Shown: piece by piece, positions 54,341 to 63,998 of the stretch | Position numbering within the stretch: the first letter of the stretch is position 1 | Layout of the letters: the number at the start of each line of letters is the position of its first letter | IMG/VR virus record: IMGVR_UViG_3300046463_000164 | DNA from: a virus | Direction: 5' to 3' (one strand) | Length of the DNA stretch: 64,000 nt | Notes under the pieces: model-generated | Database searches by the model: none | What the model was told of the DNA's origin: nothing | What the model saw: only the letters and a program-made list of their open reading frames with translations | Made by a program: the position numbers and the translations under genes

Positions 54341-55414
54341 ATGAAACATAGATCACGCGATGTATTCTATTGTGACGTCAGAAAAGATGTGATCAAGGCG
54401 GCTAATCCGACTTTGAATGAGGATGTGCTAGCAAACCTATACGAGTTCATCCACGACCGTTACGAGATTCATAAAAAGAAGGATGTTGAGAAGCTGCCTG
54501 CTCCCTGGACGGATAATCCGATTTTCCTACAGGTAAAGTTCACCAACGTTCGTAGAGAGCATGACCGCGAATCTCGCAACGTTATTGATAATATCTGTAA
54601 GGCTGAAGCTAGTCTGAAGGATCGATTCTTCAATATCATTCTGATGCGATTCTGGAATAAGTTTGAATCCTACCAGATCGCAACAGGCGGCAAGTTGCTG
54701 AAGTTTCCTCTGAGCGATGAGGACTTCGAAGCATGCAACAAACGGATTGCAGACAACGAAGCCCATACCTGGTGGAGTGGCGCATACTACACCTGTCCGG
54801 TTCGTAGCTGGCTTGAACGAGTCCATTTTGAGAAGAAGATTCCTACCAGTGAAATCAACTTCGATCAGTCTCCCATCTACTTCGCAAAGTACGCTTTGAC
54901 TGATGAACTATGGGAGAAGATGGTTGCTGCGGAAAGCCCGAAGGAACTGTTTGACTTGTTGACTGCTATTCCGTGGATGGGTAAGTTCCTTGTATACCAG
55001 TGGTTCGTAGATTTTACCTATTGTGAGGATTATTGGTTTAGCGAGAATGAGTACACGGTATCTGGTCCTGGTTGCACTAAGGGCGTTGACTTGCTGTTTA
55101 AGGACCGTGACGGAATGACTCACGAGGAATGTTTGTTCTGGATGCGTGATAATCAGAACAAAATGTTCAACAAGTTTGGTTATAATCCCACAGAGCTATT
55201 CAGCGATTTGGAAGGGTTCGACCGTCACATCAATATCATGAGCTTTGAAAATCTCATGTGTGAACTCCAGAAGTTCCAGAAGTGTAAGGCAGCTATTGTC
55301 GCAGGTAAGAAGCCGAGAGGTAAGGCCAGCTATGACGGCCTTGGAGTTAAGACCGCAAAGAAGGCCAAATCAACGGCTGTTGATAAACCAGTTAATTTGT
55401 TTGAAGGGTTTTGA
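54341..55414 (+). CDS. 5-hmdU DNA kinase / aGPT-Pplase1-like thymidine hypermodification protein
   Basis: FIHDRYEIHKKK..PAPWTDNPIF..KFTNVRREHDR, GKFLVYQ..D, GPG, ENLMCE..K. Confidence 0.8.
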   Translation: MKHRSRDVFYCDVRKDVIKAANPTLNEDVLANLYEFIHDRYEIHKKKDVEKLPAPWTDNPIFLQVKFTNVRREHDRESRNVIDNICKAEASLKDRFFNIILMRFWNKFESYQIATGGKLLKFPLSDEDFEACNKRIADNEAHTWWSGAYYTCPVRSWLERVHFEKKIPTSEINFDQSPIYFAKYALTDELWEKMVAAESPKELFDLLTAIPWMGKFLVYQWFVDFTYCEDYWFSENEYTVSGPGCTKGVDLLFKDRDGMTHEECLFWMRDNQNKMFNKFGYNPTELFSDLEGFDRHINIMSFENLMCELQKFQKCKAAIVAGKKPRGKASYDGLGVKTAKKAKSTAVDKPVNLFEGF

Positions 55415-55692
55415 TGAGTAAGAGTTTGTTTGTTTTAATTTCTGATGGCGGCGATGGTAGCTACTATCCTAGATTCACATTGAATGTAGATTTGGTGGTT
55501 AAGCTGCAAGCAGCTTATGATGCCAATTTAATGACTTACGAGAATGGAATTGGTTGTGACGGGGACGGATTCCACTATGCGGCCATCCAGGTGCCGGATG
55601 ATGCAACTTATGAATCTCTTGGCATCACATATCCCATATCTGATACTTATGCGGATAAGTTCAAATCTGACGGCGAGGAAGTAGATGAGTAA
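55411..55692 (+). CDS. Hypothetical protein
   Basis: Acidic 93 aa; ISDGGDGSY. Confidence 0.7.
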   Translation: MMSKSLFVLISDGGDGSYYPRFTLNVDLVVKLQAAYDANLMTYENGIGCDGDGFHYAAIQVPDDATYESLGITYPISDTYADKFKSDGEEVDE

Positions 55693-56278
55693 GAATGCTT
55701 TTCAAGATCACCTTGCGGTGATTGACCTTGAGACCCTGGCGGTAGGCAGCGATGCTCCTATCCTATCGTTGGGGTTAACAGTTTCCCGGTATGACGACAC
55801 ATCGCAGACTTTTGATACTCTAGTGCAGAATGGTCTGTACTTGAAGTTTGATCTCAAAGAGCAGCTTGACCGTGGCCGCAAGGCGTCTACCCGCGTAGTG
55901 AAGTGGTGGTATGAACAATCGGTTGAAGCTCGAAAGGTTTTGATACCTAATCCTGCGGATATATCCCTTTATGGGGTAGGTGATCAGATCCAGGAATTCT
56001 TCAAATCGAAGGGCATCGACATCAAGAAGGTTGATTGGTACGACCGTAATTGCTTCGATCTTTCAAAGCTTCAGTATCTGTTCGAGGAAGATTTGAACCA
56101 GGACGTGATTTGGAACTACCATAACACGTTCGATGTCGCAACGGCTTTCCGGTTCTTAGGATTTGATCGGTATGCGGGCGTTAGGGTTAGCGACTTCCCC
56201 GGTGCGATCTATCACAACGCCCTACACGATGCTGCTGTAGATCATATGCGAATTTTCAAGGCTCTGCACTCAGAATGA
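55685..56278 (+). CDS. dexA: DEDDh 3'-5' exonuclease (DexA-like)
   Basis: IDLETL, WW..QS, NCFD, HNALHDA. Confidence 0.85.
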   Translation: MSKNAFQDHLAVIDLETLAVGSDAPILSLGLTVSRYDDTSQTFDTLVQNGLYLKFDLKEQLDRGRKASTRVVKWWYEQSVEARKVLIPNPADISLYGVGDQIQEFFKSKGIDIKKVDWYDRNCFDLSKLQYLFEEDLNQDVIWNYHNTFDVATAFRFLGFDRYAGVRVSDFPGAIYHNALHDAAVDHMRIFKALHSE

Positions 56279-56430
56279 ACCACTATAGAGTGAAGGTTTT
56301 TATTCCAGATGATATGGGGTGTGGTACAACCACATACTTCGGAAGACACGCCGAAAGCGCTCAAGAGGCTATGGAGTCAGTGGCCGAAGATAATCCAGAC
56401 ATAGAAGTGATTCAGGCAATTCTCAGCTAA
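56275..56430 (+). CDS. 51-aa hypothetical protein (absent from ORF track)
   Basis: MNHYRVKVFIPDD...QAILS*; ATGA overlap. Confidence 0.55.
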   Translation: MNHYRVKVFIPDDMGCGTTTYFGRHAESAQEAMESVAEDNPDIEVIQAILS

Positions 56431-56481
56431 ATTAGTATGAGGGTGAAGAAAATACCCTCACACAATTAACCGGAGAATTGT

Positions 56482-57105
56482 ATGAAGTTAAGAAAGTTTT
56501 CAGCCAACAAACCCGCTGCACACCTTCCTGTGAGCATCGAGGATATCAAGTCATATTCTCCTATCGGATACGAGGCTCAAGTTGTTCCGCCTCTAGTCAT
56601 ATACATCTATGATGAAATCGGTCCAGAAGTTGATTATGTAGATTTTGTCCACGCCCTGCGTTATGCGCCAGAAGGACAAGAAATTACAATCCACATCAAC
56701 TCTCCAGGCGGTAATCTCAACTCTTGTCTATCTATCATCAATGCGATTGATGCCTCTGCGGCTAATATCACAACTGTGGTTGACGGGGAAGCTGCGAGCG
56801 CTGCGGCAATGATTTGGTTGTCTGGTCATAACAAAATCATCGCTTCCACCCACGTTTGCGTTATGCTTCACGGCGCGAGCACCGGATTTGGTCATGCAAA
56901 GACCGCCGACATTAAGAATAGCACAACTGCGACAGAACGAATCGTTGAGTCTCTGTTGGATGATCTTACTGAAGGATTCTTGACTGACGATGAACGTTCT
57001 GATATCCGTAAGGGTGTTGACGTCTATCTAACCGGCTCTGATATTGTTGCACGTATCATTACGGATGACAGCGATGAAGTAGATCCAAATACGGAAATTG
57101 AATAA
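56482..57105 (+). CDS. ClpP-like serine protease
   Basis: IYDEIG, IHINSPGG, AASAAA (catalytic Ser), MLH. Confidence 0.85.
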   Translation: MKLRKFSANKPAAHLPVSIEDIKSYSPIGYEAQVVPPLVIYIYDEIGPEVDYVDFVHALRYAPEGQEITIHINSPGGNLNSCLSIINAIDASAANITTVVDGEAASAAAMIWLSGHNKIIASTHVCVMLHGASTGFGHAKTADIKNSTTATERIVESLLDDLTEGFLTDDERSDIRKGVDVYLTGSDIVARIITDDSDEVDPNTEIE

Positions 57106-57631
57106 ACTTAAAAACAAGTTCGTGTTCGCGCACATGAAGGCGGCACGCAGCTATGCTGATGAATTATCTTACTGTGTAAGATTGAAGGTGGGTGCGCTTA
57201 TTGTAAAAGATGAGCGTATGATCTCATTTGGGTATAATGGGATGCCTTCCGGAGAACCAAATGTTTGTGAGCTTGATGATGGCACAACAAATCCTAGGGT
57301 AAGACACGCTGAACCTAATGCTTTGCGTAAGCTCATTAGATCAAACGAGTCTGCGGTTGGATCGATTATGTTTATAACCGATTCTCCTTGTCCTAACTGC
57401 GCAATTGATATTTTTGAGGCTGGTATCGCAGCCGTTGTTTTTGAACGCGAATATCGTGATGTTTCCGGCATTCGATTCCTTCTAAGCAAAGGAGTCAAAG
57501 TGTTTCGCGTAGATACTGAAAAGCGTAATATTTTCGAATTTCAACGCGCTATACAGCCGGTGGATGATGGCCAATCATTCCGTATGGGATTGATGGTATC
57601 TCTATTGACTGGCGACAGTATCTGTTTTTAG
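57098..57631 (+). CDS. cd: dCMP deaminase
   Basis: SYCVRLKVGALIV, GYNG, HAE, PCPNC. Confidence 0.9.
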   Translation: MNKLKNKFVFAHMKAARSYADELSYCVRLKVGALIVKDERMISFGYNGMPSGEPNVCELDDGTTNPRVRHAEPNALRKLIRSNESAVGSIMFITDSPCPNCAIDIFEAGIAAVVFEREYRDVSGIRFLLSKGVKVFRVDTEKRNIFEFQRAIQPVDDGQSFRMGLMVSLLTGDSICF

Positions 57632-57660
57632 ATGTTGTAATAACCCATTAAAGGATTGAC

Positions 57661-58431
57661 ATGGGAAAGAAGATGCGCAGAGCTTCAACAAGAGAAGAAC
57701 GTGACCCGCGAGGTCTACCAAGGGATAGCCGTGGTGCCCTATTGGACCCAAGAGAAGTCGCGACAACGTATGACCGCACCCCGAAAGCAAGACCTAGCTT
57801 TCACCTTCAGCCTAAGAATGAAAAACAAGAAGAAATGATTAAGGCTATTAATAGTAGCTCAATCGTTATCGCTGAAGCACCCGCAGGTTGTGGTAAGACG
57901 TTTATCTCAGGTAGTATGGCTGCCAAATTCCTCGCTGAAGGATCGGTCGATAAGATCATTCTAACGCGAGCAAATGTACACGTTGGTAAATCTCTAGGTA
58001 TGTTGCCTGGCTCGGTAACGGATAAGATGGAACCGTTGCTAGCCCCAATCCTGGCAGTACTGAGAGAGCGTATGGGCGATGGTCTGTATGGCTACAACCT
58101 AGCTAAGCAGAAGATTGTAATGCAACCGATTGAATATATTCGCGGTAATTCTTTCCGTGATACATTCTTGATCATCGATGAGGCACAAAACCTTACCGTT
58201 GAAGAAGTGCAAGCCCTGGTAACACGCTATGAATCGGGTCGCATTCTATTCCTGGGCGATAATTTCCAAACAGATATCAAGGGTTTGAACGGACTTGATT
58301 GGTTGGAAAAATTCTCAAATCGCCATGAGCTTAATTATCCAGTGATTAAGTTTGGACTAGAACACATTGTTCGTAGTTCGCTGGTCAAGGAATTCTTGAC
58401 AGCTTTGTATAGCGAATTGAAACAAAAATAA
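57661..58431 (+). CDS. phoH: PhoH-family ATPase
   Basis: PAGCGKT, LGMLPG, IRGNSF, IDEAQN, LGD..QTD. Confidence 0.95.
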   Translation: MGKKMRRASTREERDPRGLPRDSRGALLDPREVATTYDRTPKARPSFHLQPKNEKQEEMIKAINSSSIVIAEAPAGCGKTFISGSMAAKFLAEGSVDKIILTRANVHVGKSLGMLPGSVTDKMEPLLAPILAVLRERMGDGLYGYNLAKQKIVMQPIEYIRGNSFRDTFLIIDEAQNLTVEEVQALVTRYESGRILFLGDNFQTDIKGLNGLDWLEKFSNRHELNYPVIKFGLEHIVRSSLVKEFLTALYSELKQK

Positions 58432-58449
58432 AATACATTCGTTGTAAAG

Positions 58450-58475
58450 AAGCCGCCTATCAAGGGCGGCTTTTT
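58450..58475 (+). terminator. Rho-independent terminator
   Basis: AAGCCGCC-TATCAAG-GGCGGCTTTTT. Confidence 0.8.
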
Positions 58476-58520
58476 GCGTTTCTAAATTAAGATATATAAT
58501 TCCATCTATAGGGACGCAAT

Positions 58521-58865
58521 ATGCTCAAGGATTTCAGAGACGAGAACAACGATATTGTTACTATGTTTAGAGGCACTGATGCCTCGCATAAGTTTCAATA
58601 CACTCTAGACAGCGGATCGGTATTCATCCCTGGACAATATACTATTGTTTGCGAAGGTAGACTTGCCTACGCAAGTGAGACACCAGATTTCACATTCGAT
58701 GTTACTTCAGAACAAGTAGAAGGTCAATGGTATATGACCATCAAATTTCCAAAGACTGATATCACAGCCAGCGTGCGTGAGAACAAGATATATTGGAAAG
58801 TATTGGCTGCCGATTCTACCGGTAACACTTTCGTCATCAATTACGGCGAGGTATGGTTGAGATGA
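58521..58865 (+). CDS. Hypothetical (probably virion) protein
   Basis: 114 aa, beta-rich, after CTAAATT at 58482. Confidence 0.7.
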   Translation: MLKDFRDENNDIVTMFRGTDASHKFQYTLDSGSVFIPGQYTIVCEGRLAYASETPDFTFDVTSEQVEGQWYMTIKFPKTDITASVRENKIYWKVLAADSTGNTFVINYGEVWLR

Positions 58866-59821
58866 TTCCAATGACAAATAATCAGTTCCTCTATGGAATT
58901 GTTGAAGACGTCATGGATCCATATCAGCTTGGTAGACTACGGGTTAGGTGGATTGGTATTCACTCAGAGGATTTGACTGTATTGCCTACCTCGTTGCTTC
59001 CGTGGTGTCAACCTCTAGGAACAATTAACTCAGCGTTTATCTCCGGTGTTGGGGTTGCCCCTGTCGGAGTGGTTCCTGGCACAATGGTATTCGGCCTGCC
59101 GGCTGACGACGGAATGCAAGAATTTATCATTCTGGGCACCCTAGGCGGAAACCGTTCATTCTTCAATGGTGGTAAGGTGGGATTTAATGATCCTAGCGGC
59201 AACTATCCTAGAGCGGGAGTTACTGGTGATGTCAACATCAAGGCAGGCGGCAATGGGGATACAGGCTCAAGTTTCAATGTGAGTAACAACGTTGTATCTT
59301 CTACGATTCCGGGGTCAACTGATCCTGAAGTTCCAGCTAAGGTATTGGATCCAAATGCATATAAGGATACTCCTTGGATGCCTATTGCCCAATCTCAGCT
59401 AGGGATTAATGAGGCGGACAACCCTGATACTATTAAAATCTATCACCAAATCGGTGGCGGGCTTATGAGAGAACCTACCGTTGCTTGGTGTGCATCTTTC
59501 GTTGGTTGGTGTCTAGCTCAGGTAAATATCAATGGTACCAGAAGTGCTTCTTCAAGGTCTTATTTGAATTATGGTCAGTCTGTGGGTACGACAAACGTGC
59601 CGTTCGGAGCCATCGCGATATTTGGAGTGCCCAACTCTGGGTCTGGTCACGTAGCTTTTGTGTCTGCGGATAATGGAACAAGCTTGACCTGTATTGGTGG
59701 GAACCAATCTGATAAGTCTCTGCGTTCTGGCGGTATCGTGTCTAAGACAAATATTCCAAAGAATGGCAAGAGTCTAGTTTTATTGGGATGCGTGATGCCG
59801 ACCAACCTACAAGGAAAGTGA
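58853..59821 (+). CDS. gp5: gp5 N-terminal OB domain fused to a TIGR02594/NlpC-P60-like peptidoglycan hydrolase
   Basis: GIVEDVMDPYQLGRLRVRWIGIH..LPW, GFNDPSGNYP; then PWM.IA..LG, AWCASFVGWCL, GHVAFV, GGNQSD. Confidence 0.85.
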   Translation: MVEMIPMTNNQFLYGIVEDVMDPYQLGRLRVRWIGIHSEDLTVLPTSLLPWCQPLGTINSAFISGVGVAPVGVVPGTMVFGLPADDGMQEFIILGTLGGNRSFFNGGKVGFNDPSGNYPRAGVTGDVNIKAGGNGDTGSSFNVSNNVVSSTIPGSTDPEVPAKVLDPNAYKDTPWMPIAQSQLGINEADNPDTIKIYHQIGGGLMREPTVAWCASFVGWCLAQVNINGTRSASSRSYLNYGQSVGTTNVPFGAIAIFGVPNSGSGHVAFVSADNGTSLTCIGGNQSDKSLRSGGIVSKTNIPKNGKSLVLLGCVMPTNLQGK

Positions 59822-59822
59822 T

Positions 59823-60212
59823 ATGGCAAATTCATACACATACAGAGATTTTGATCTAAGCTTCAACACTCATCCGGTGACGGGTGACTTGGTTATGAAG
59901 ACAGATATTTCATCTATCTTGCAATCTATTCGTAATCTAGTCATGACCGCTGCCGGAGAGTTCCTTTGGGCGCCTGATATGGGTGGCGGGGTTAGCGAGT
60001 TGCTATTTGAACCTAACGATAACATGATGCGCATGCAGCTGTATGATAGGATCAAGACAACTATTGATAGATTCGAGCCTAGAGTGGAGATTGTGACTCT
60101 AGACATTCAAAGATTTGAGAACGGTTACGGCATCTATATCAACTTGACGTTCTATGCTCTTAACTATCCGCAAGTGATTAACGAAACTATACCAATCAAG
60201 AGATTAAGATAA
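59823..60212 (+). CDS. gp25: Baseplate wedge protein gp25
   Basis: YRDFDLSFNTHPVTGD, SIRNLV, LLFEP, FEPRV. Confidence 0.93.
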   Translation: MANSYTYRDFDLSFNTHPVTGDLVMKTDISSILQSIRNLVMTAAGEFLWAPDMGGGVSELLFEPNDNMMRMQLYDRIKTTIDRFEPRVEIVTLDIQRFENGYGIYINLTFYALNYPQVINETIPIKRLR

Positions 60213-60213
60213 A

Positions 60214-63200
60214 ATGCAATTTAAATCAGGACAAATAAACAAGATTCTAGGGTGCGGAGCGGCTACTGAAGCTAAGTGGCTTGATGCGATTAACGCTGCT
60301 TGCGCACAATATCAAATTAACACCAAGCTTCGCCTAGCAGCCTTCATTGCTCAGGTGGGGCATGAGTCTGGCCGTCTATCTGCGGTTAGCGAAAACTTGA
60401 ACTACTCTGCCAAGGGTCTACAGGGAACTTGGCCTAGTCGTTTTGATGCAACTCTAGCGAATACCTGTGCTCGCAATCCTGAGAAGATTGCTAACGTGGT
60501 ATATAGCGATCGTATGGGTAATGGTTCGGTGAATTCTGGGGATGGCTGGAAGTACCGGGGTCGTGGACTAATCCAATGCACCGGTAAGTCTACCTACAGC
60601 GCTTTCTCTCAATCTTGCGGCACTGACTGCGTCAGTAACCCTGATCTGCTAACTCAACCTGCTATGGCAGCTATGAGCGCTGGTTGGTTCTGGAATTCTA
60701 AGGGGTTGAACGCTTATGCTGATCGTAGCGATATGGTCTCTATCACCAAGAGAATTAACGGCGGTCTAAACGGTCAAGACGACCGTATGGCACTATACAA
60801 GATTGCTTTGATTGTATTGTCTGATGAAGAGCCTACGGACGACGCAGTAAAAAAAGTTGAGCCGACACCGGATACGACAGCGCCGGTGTCGGAGCAAAAG
60901 ACCCCCGCTGCTCAAAACACTTCTATCATAGAACCAAAAGCTGCCAGCAACACTGGCAAGTATCCTTGGAACTTGGTAACAGAATCTCGCTCTGGCCACT
61001 TCAGTGAAGTTGATGATACTCCTGGAGCAGAGCGTTTGAACATGACGCATCGTACTGGAACCTATTGGGAAATTAACCCTCTAGGAACATTTACGATCAA
61101 ATCAGTTATGGACCATTATGCAATTGCTCAAGGGGATTCTTATGGTCATGTTGCGGGTAACTACACTCAACAAGTGAAGGGTCAGTCATACCGTCAAACC
61201 GATGGCGATATGATCTTCAAGGCAAGCGGTAACTACTTCATCGGCGCTCCAAAAGTTCAGATGAATACCGGTATGCTGGCGGTATCTGGAGAGATCAATT
61301 CTCCTGCCATCAATGCTTCTATGTTTGGAGGTATGAGCGGCGGATTCTCTTACGGTGATATGTTGTCCCGTGAGGCTCTGGTTGCCTACGATCTTAGGGA
61401 TGGCGGAGCGCCGATGTTGGGCGGTGCGCTAGGCTTTACAGCCGGATCAAGCAGCGACCCGTCTGCGGCCGGTTCTGCTGACTCTCAACTCACTAATAAT
61501 CTATCCAAGCAATCTCCTAGTGGTAGAAAGTGGGTGACTAACGGAGTTCCTGCTACACAGACTACGTTGGCTCCGGGCAACACTTCGGCAACTGGCGGGT
61601 TGAATGATCTAAGCGGAGGTTCTTCTGCTGCTGGTACAACTACATCGGCTACTTTATCGGGTGATGGAACCAGCTCAGGCTTCTCTAGCTCTGATCCCGA
61701 TATCCCTCCATCCAAGGGAACTGGATTCCGGGTTTCCGATTTGGCTGCGGTAGGTATTGGAGCGGCTGGTGTTGCGGCAGCAGTTAGTTCTTTGATCAAG
61801 AATAACGACCCTGATCCTGCGGTGGCTAACGCTATGGCAACGGCAGTGGGTAACATCAATACTCAAACGTATGCGGCATCTAATCAAACTCCTGTGTTCA
61901 TTAAACACGTAACCTTTGATAAGCCAATTCTATTGAGTCAGTCTGTTCCGGGTTCTGAGCCTGATCCTACATTGTATGTTAATAACCTTCATACAATTGT
62001 TGATCCTGTTACTGGAGTCGGTAAGCTGCATATTAGCGATGGCACTTCTTGGAATGTTGTTAATGATCCTTCAGAGTCTAAGGCTTATACTGATTCTCAA
62101 GTAGCAGCAGTAGCGGTCGATTATAACAATAAGATTCTGTCGGAAGCAGCGGCTAGAACGGACGCCATTTCTGCGGCTATCCTACAGGAAGCAACTGATA
62201 GAGGCGCAGCGGTTACGGCTGAAGCGACAGCTAGACAAGCCGCTGATAGTTCTCTATCTGATTTGATCACGACGCTGACGGCTTCAACCGATGAAAATGC
62301 AGCAGCGATTCAGACTGAAGTTCAAGCTAGAACGGATGCGATTACTGCCGAAGCTACGGCTAGACAAAATCTAGCTGCGATAGTTGGGGATAATACCTCT
62401 GCTATCTCGACAGAGGCAACGACTCGTGCTAATGCAGACTCGGCAAACGCTCAAGCCATTCAGACTGTTACTTCCAGAATCAACAATGGAAATGCAGCTT
62501 CGTTTGCTCCGTATCAGACTTGGCCTTTTAACAACGTAACCGGTAGTTGGACTGCAACTCACGCTACGTTTGCTATTTCTGGCGGATATGGTTTATTGAC
62601 TTCTACGGCTAATGACCCTAACTTTTTGTCTCCGATAATCAGTATCAACGGAGCCTCTTATAACAAGGTCAGAGCAAGAGTCAAGAGAACAGGCGGTTCT
62701 GGTTGGGATGGTACATTGTATTACGCAACAGCCGGTCACGGATTTTCTTCTTCGTATATGGCAACTATCACTGCTGATCCGGGAATGGCTGATTGGTACG
62801 TTCTAGAGTGGGATATGACAAATCTTGCTGCTGGAGGTTCTGATTGGTCTTCAAGCACGATCACTCAACTCCGTATTGATTTGGGTTCTAATACAAGCGC
62901 TTCTGATGTATTCCAAATTGATTGGGTAGCAGTGGGATCGAGAGCAGCCGGTGTAGATGGTTACAGTTTTGCAACTGTCCAGACTCAGGCAACCACTAGC
63001 GCAACTGATGTGAATAACATCAAGGCACAGTGGGCGATCAAGACTAATGTTAACGGATATGTTTCTGGTATCGCATTGGTTAATGATTTGATCAATGGTA
63101 ATCCGACATCCAGCTTTGCGGTTCAGGCTAGTGTGTTTAAGCTAGTAAGTCCGGACAACAGCAAGGTGGCTACACCTTTCACGGTTGATTCTAACGGTAA

Positions 63201-63396
63201 TGCAAACTTTACTGGGGTAATTAATGCGGCGGGAGGTGTGTTCAGCGGAACTGTGAACGGAACGTTGTCTGGTCCTAGTGGTAGTATCGGCTTGCTGAGA
63301 ACCACATCAACTGGACAGAGAACTGAAATCGACAACAACGGGATTCGTACTTACGATTCCAATGGTACTTTGAGAATTAGATTGGGGATTTGGTAA
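60214..63396 (+). CDS. GH19 lysozyme + gp5 C-terminal spike region + coiled coil + J-like central fibre tip
   Basis: AAFIAQVGHESG, ENLNYS, DGWKYRGRGLIQCTG, TKRINGG; YPWN..ESRSGH..EVDDTPGAER..HRTGT; EATAR repeats; WAIK..NGYVSGI..F, C-terminal LRIRLGIW. Confidence 0.85.
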   Translation: MQFKSGQINKILGCGAATEAKWLDAINAACAQYQINTKLRLAAFIAQVGHESGRLSAVSENLNYSAKGLQGTWPSRFDATLANTCARNPEKIANVVYSDRMGNGSVNSGDGWKYRGRGLIQCTGKSTYSAFSQSCGTDCVSNPDLLTQPAMAAMSAGWFWNSKGLNAYADRSDMVSITKRINGGLNGQDDRMALYKIALIVLSDEEPTDDAVKKVEPTPDTTAPVSEQKTPAAQNTSIIEPKAASNTGKYPWNLVTESRSGHFSEVDDTPGAERLNMTHRTGTYWEINPLGTFTIKSVMDHYAIAQGDSYGHVAGNYTQQVKGQSYRQTDGDMIFKASGNYFIGAPKVQMNTGMLAVSGEINSPAINASMFGGMSGGFSYGDMLSREALVAYDLRDGGAPMLGGALGFTAGSSSDPSAAGSADSQLTNNLSKQSPSGRKWVTNGVPATQTTLAPGNTSATGGLNDLSGGSSAAGTTTSATLSGDGTSSGFSSSDPDIPPSKGTGFRVSDLAAVGIGAAGVAAAVSSLIKNNDPDPAVANAMATAVGNINTQTYAASNQTPVFIKHVTFDKPILLSQSVPGSEPDPTLYVNNLHTIVDPVTGVGKLHISDGTSWNVVNDPSESKAYTDSQVAAVAVDYNNKILSEAAARTDAISAAILQEATDRGAAVTAEATARQAADSSLSDLITTLTASTDENAAAIQTEVQARTDAITAEATARQNLAAIVGDNTSAISTEATTRANADSANAQAIQTVTSRINNGNAASFAPYQTWPFNNVTGSWTATHATFAISGGYGLLTSTANDPNFLSPIISINGASYNKVRARVKRTGGSGWDGTLYYATAGHGFSSSYMATITADPGMADWYVLEWDMTNLAAGGSDWSSSTITQLRIDLGSNTSASDVFQIDWVAVGSRAAGVDGYSFATVQTQATTSATDVNNIKAQWAIKTNVNGYVSGIALVNDLINGNPTSSFAVQASVFKLVSPDNSKVATPFTVDSNGNANFTGVINAAGGVFSGTVNGTLSGPSGSIGLLRTTSTGQRTEIDNNGIRTYDSNGTLRIRLGIW

Positions 63397-63719
63397 TGGG
63401 CTTAGGTCTTGAAGTTTATAATGCCAGCGGAGTAAAGACCTTTCAATCTGGAGATTATCTCCCCAGATATCAAGGTAGTTTCTTCACAGGTCAATACAAC
63501 GGATCATATACTGACAATAACTTATTGGATCCCACCGGTACTCCATTTGTTATGTATTTTCCTACCACGACTCCAATCACCTCAACCTATGGTCAGGGAG
63601 GTTGGCCCGCGAAGGTATCAAGATCAGGAGCGACCATCAGTTGGGTCTTTGACCCGTCTATCCTTCAGGGACCGGATGGTGGTTGTTGTAATGGCTACAT
63701 CATATATGGTCTGAGATAA
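63390..63719 (+). CDS. Small tail-tip accessory protein (type found after J-like fibres)
   Basis: MGLGLEVYNASG...IYGLR pattern. Confidence 0.65.
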   Translation: MVMGLGLEVYNASGVKTFQSGDYLPRYQGSFFTGQYNGSYTDNNLLDPTGTPFVMYFPTTTPITSTYGQGGWPAKVSRSGATISWVFDPSILQGPDGGCCNGYIIYGLR

Positions 63720-63998
63720 TCAGAGATATTGGTTAGTAATATCAACAATGAACATGGGCGAGCCATATGGTTGAGTAAGCAAGAAGCTGTTGCTGAAAGC
63801 ATTACAATATGGCGTTCCCGTTCCCGCATCCCCTTCTGTGGTAGCATAACAAGGGTTATTGCCGTTATTCACTAGGAAGGTCTGGAAGTATTGATCGTTA
63901 GACCCTTGGTGTAGGGTATAAGAATAAATCTTTGGTAGACAAATACCTACTGCGATCTTTTGGTTGATACTTCCGGATGCAAGTGTAGTAGATGCCGG
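63720..63998 (-). CDS. Partial ORF entering from the right edge (tail-tip accessory-like C-terminus)
   Basis: Open frame ...QPYGSPMFIVDITNQYL*, stop TGA at 63720-63722. Confidence 0.55.
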   Translation of the reverse strand, partial: PASTTLASGSINQKIAVGICLPKIYSYTLHQGSNDQYFQTFLVNNGNNPCYATTEGDAGTGTPYCNAFSNSFLLTQPYGSPMFIVDITNQYL

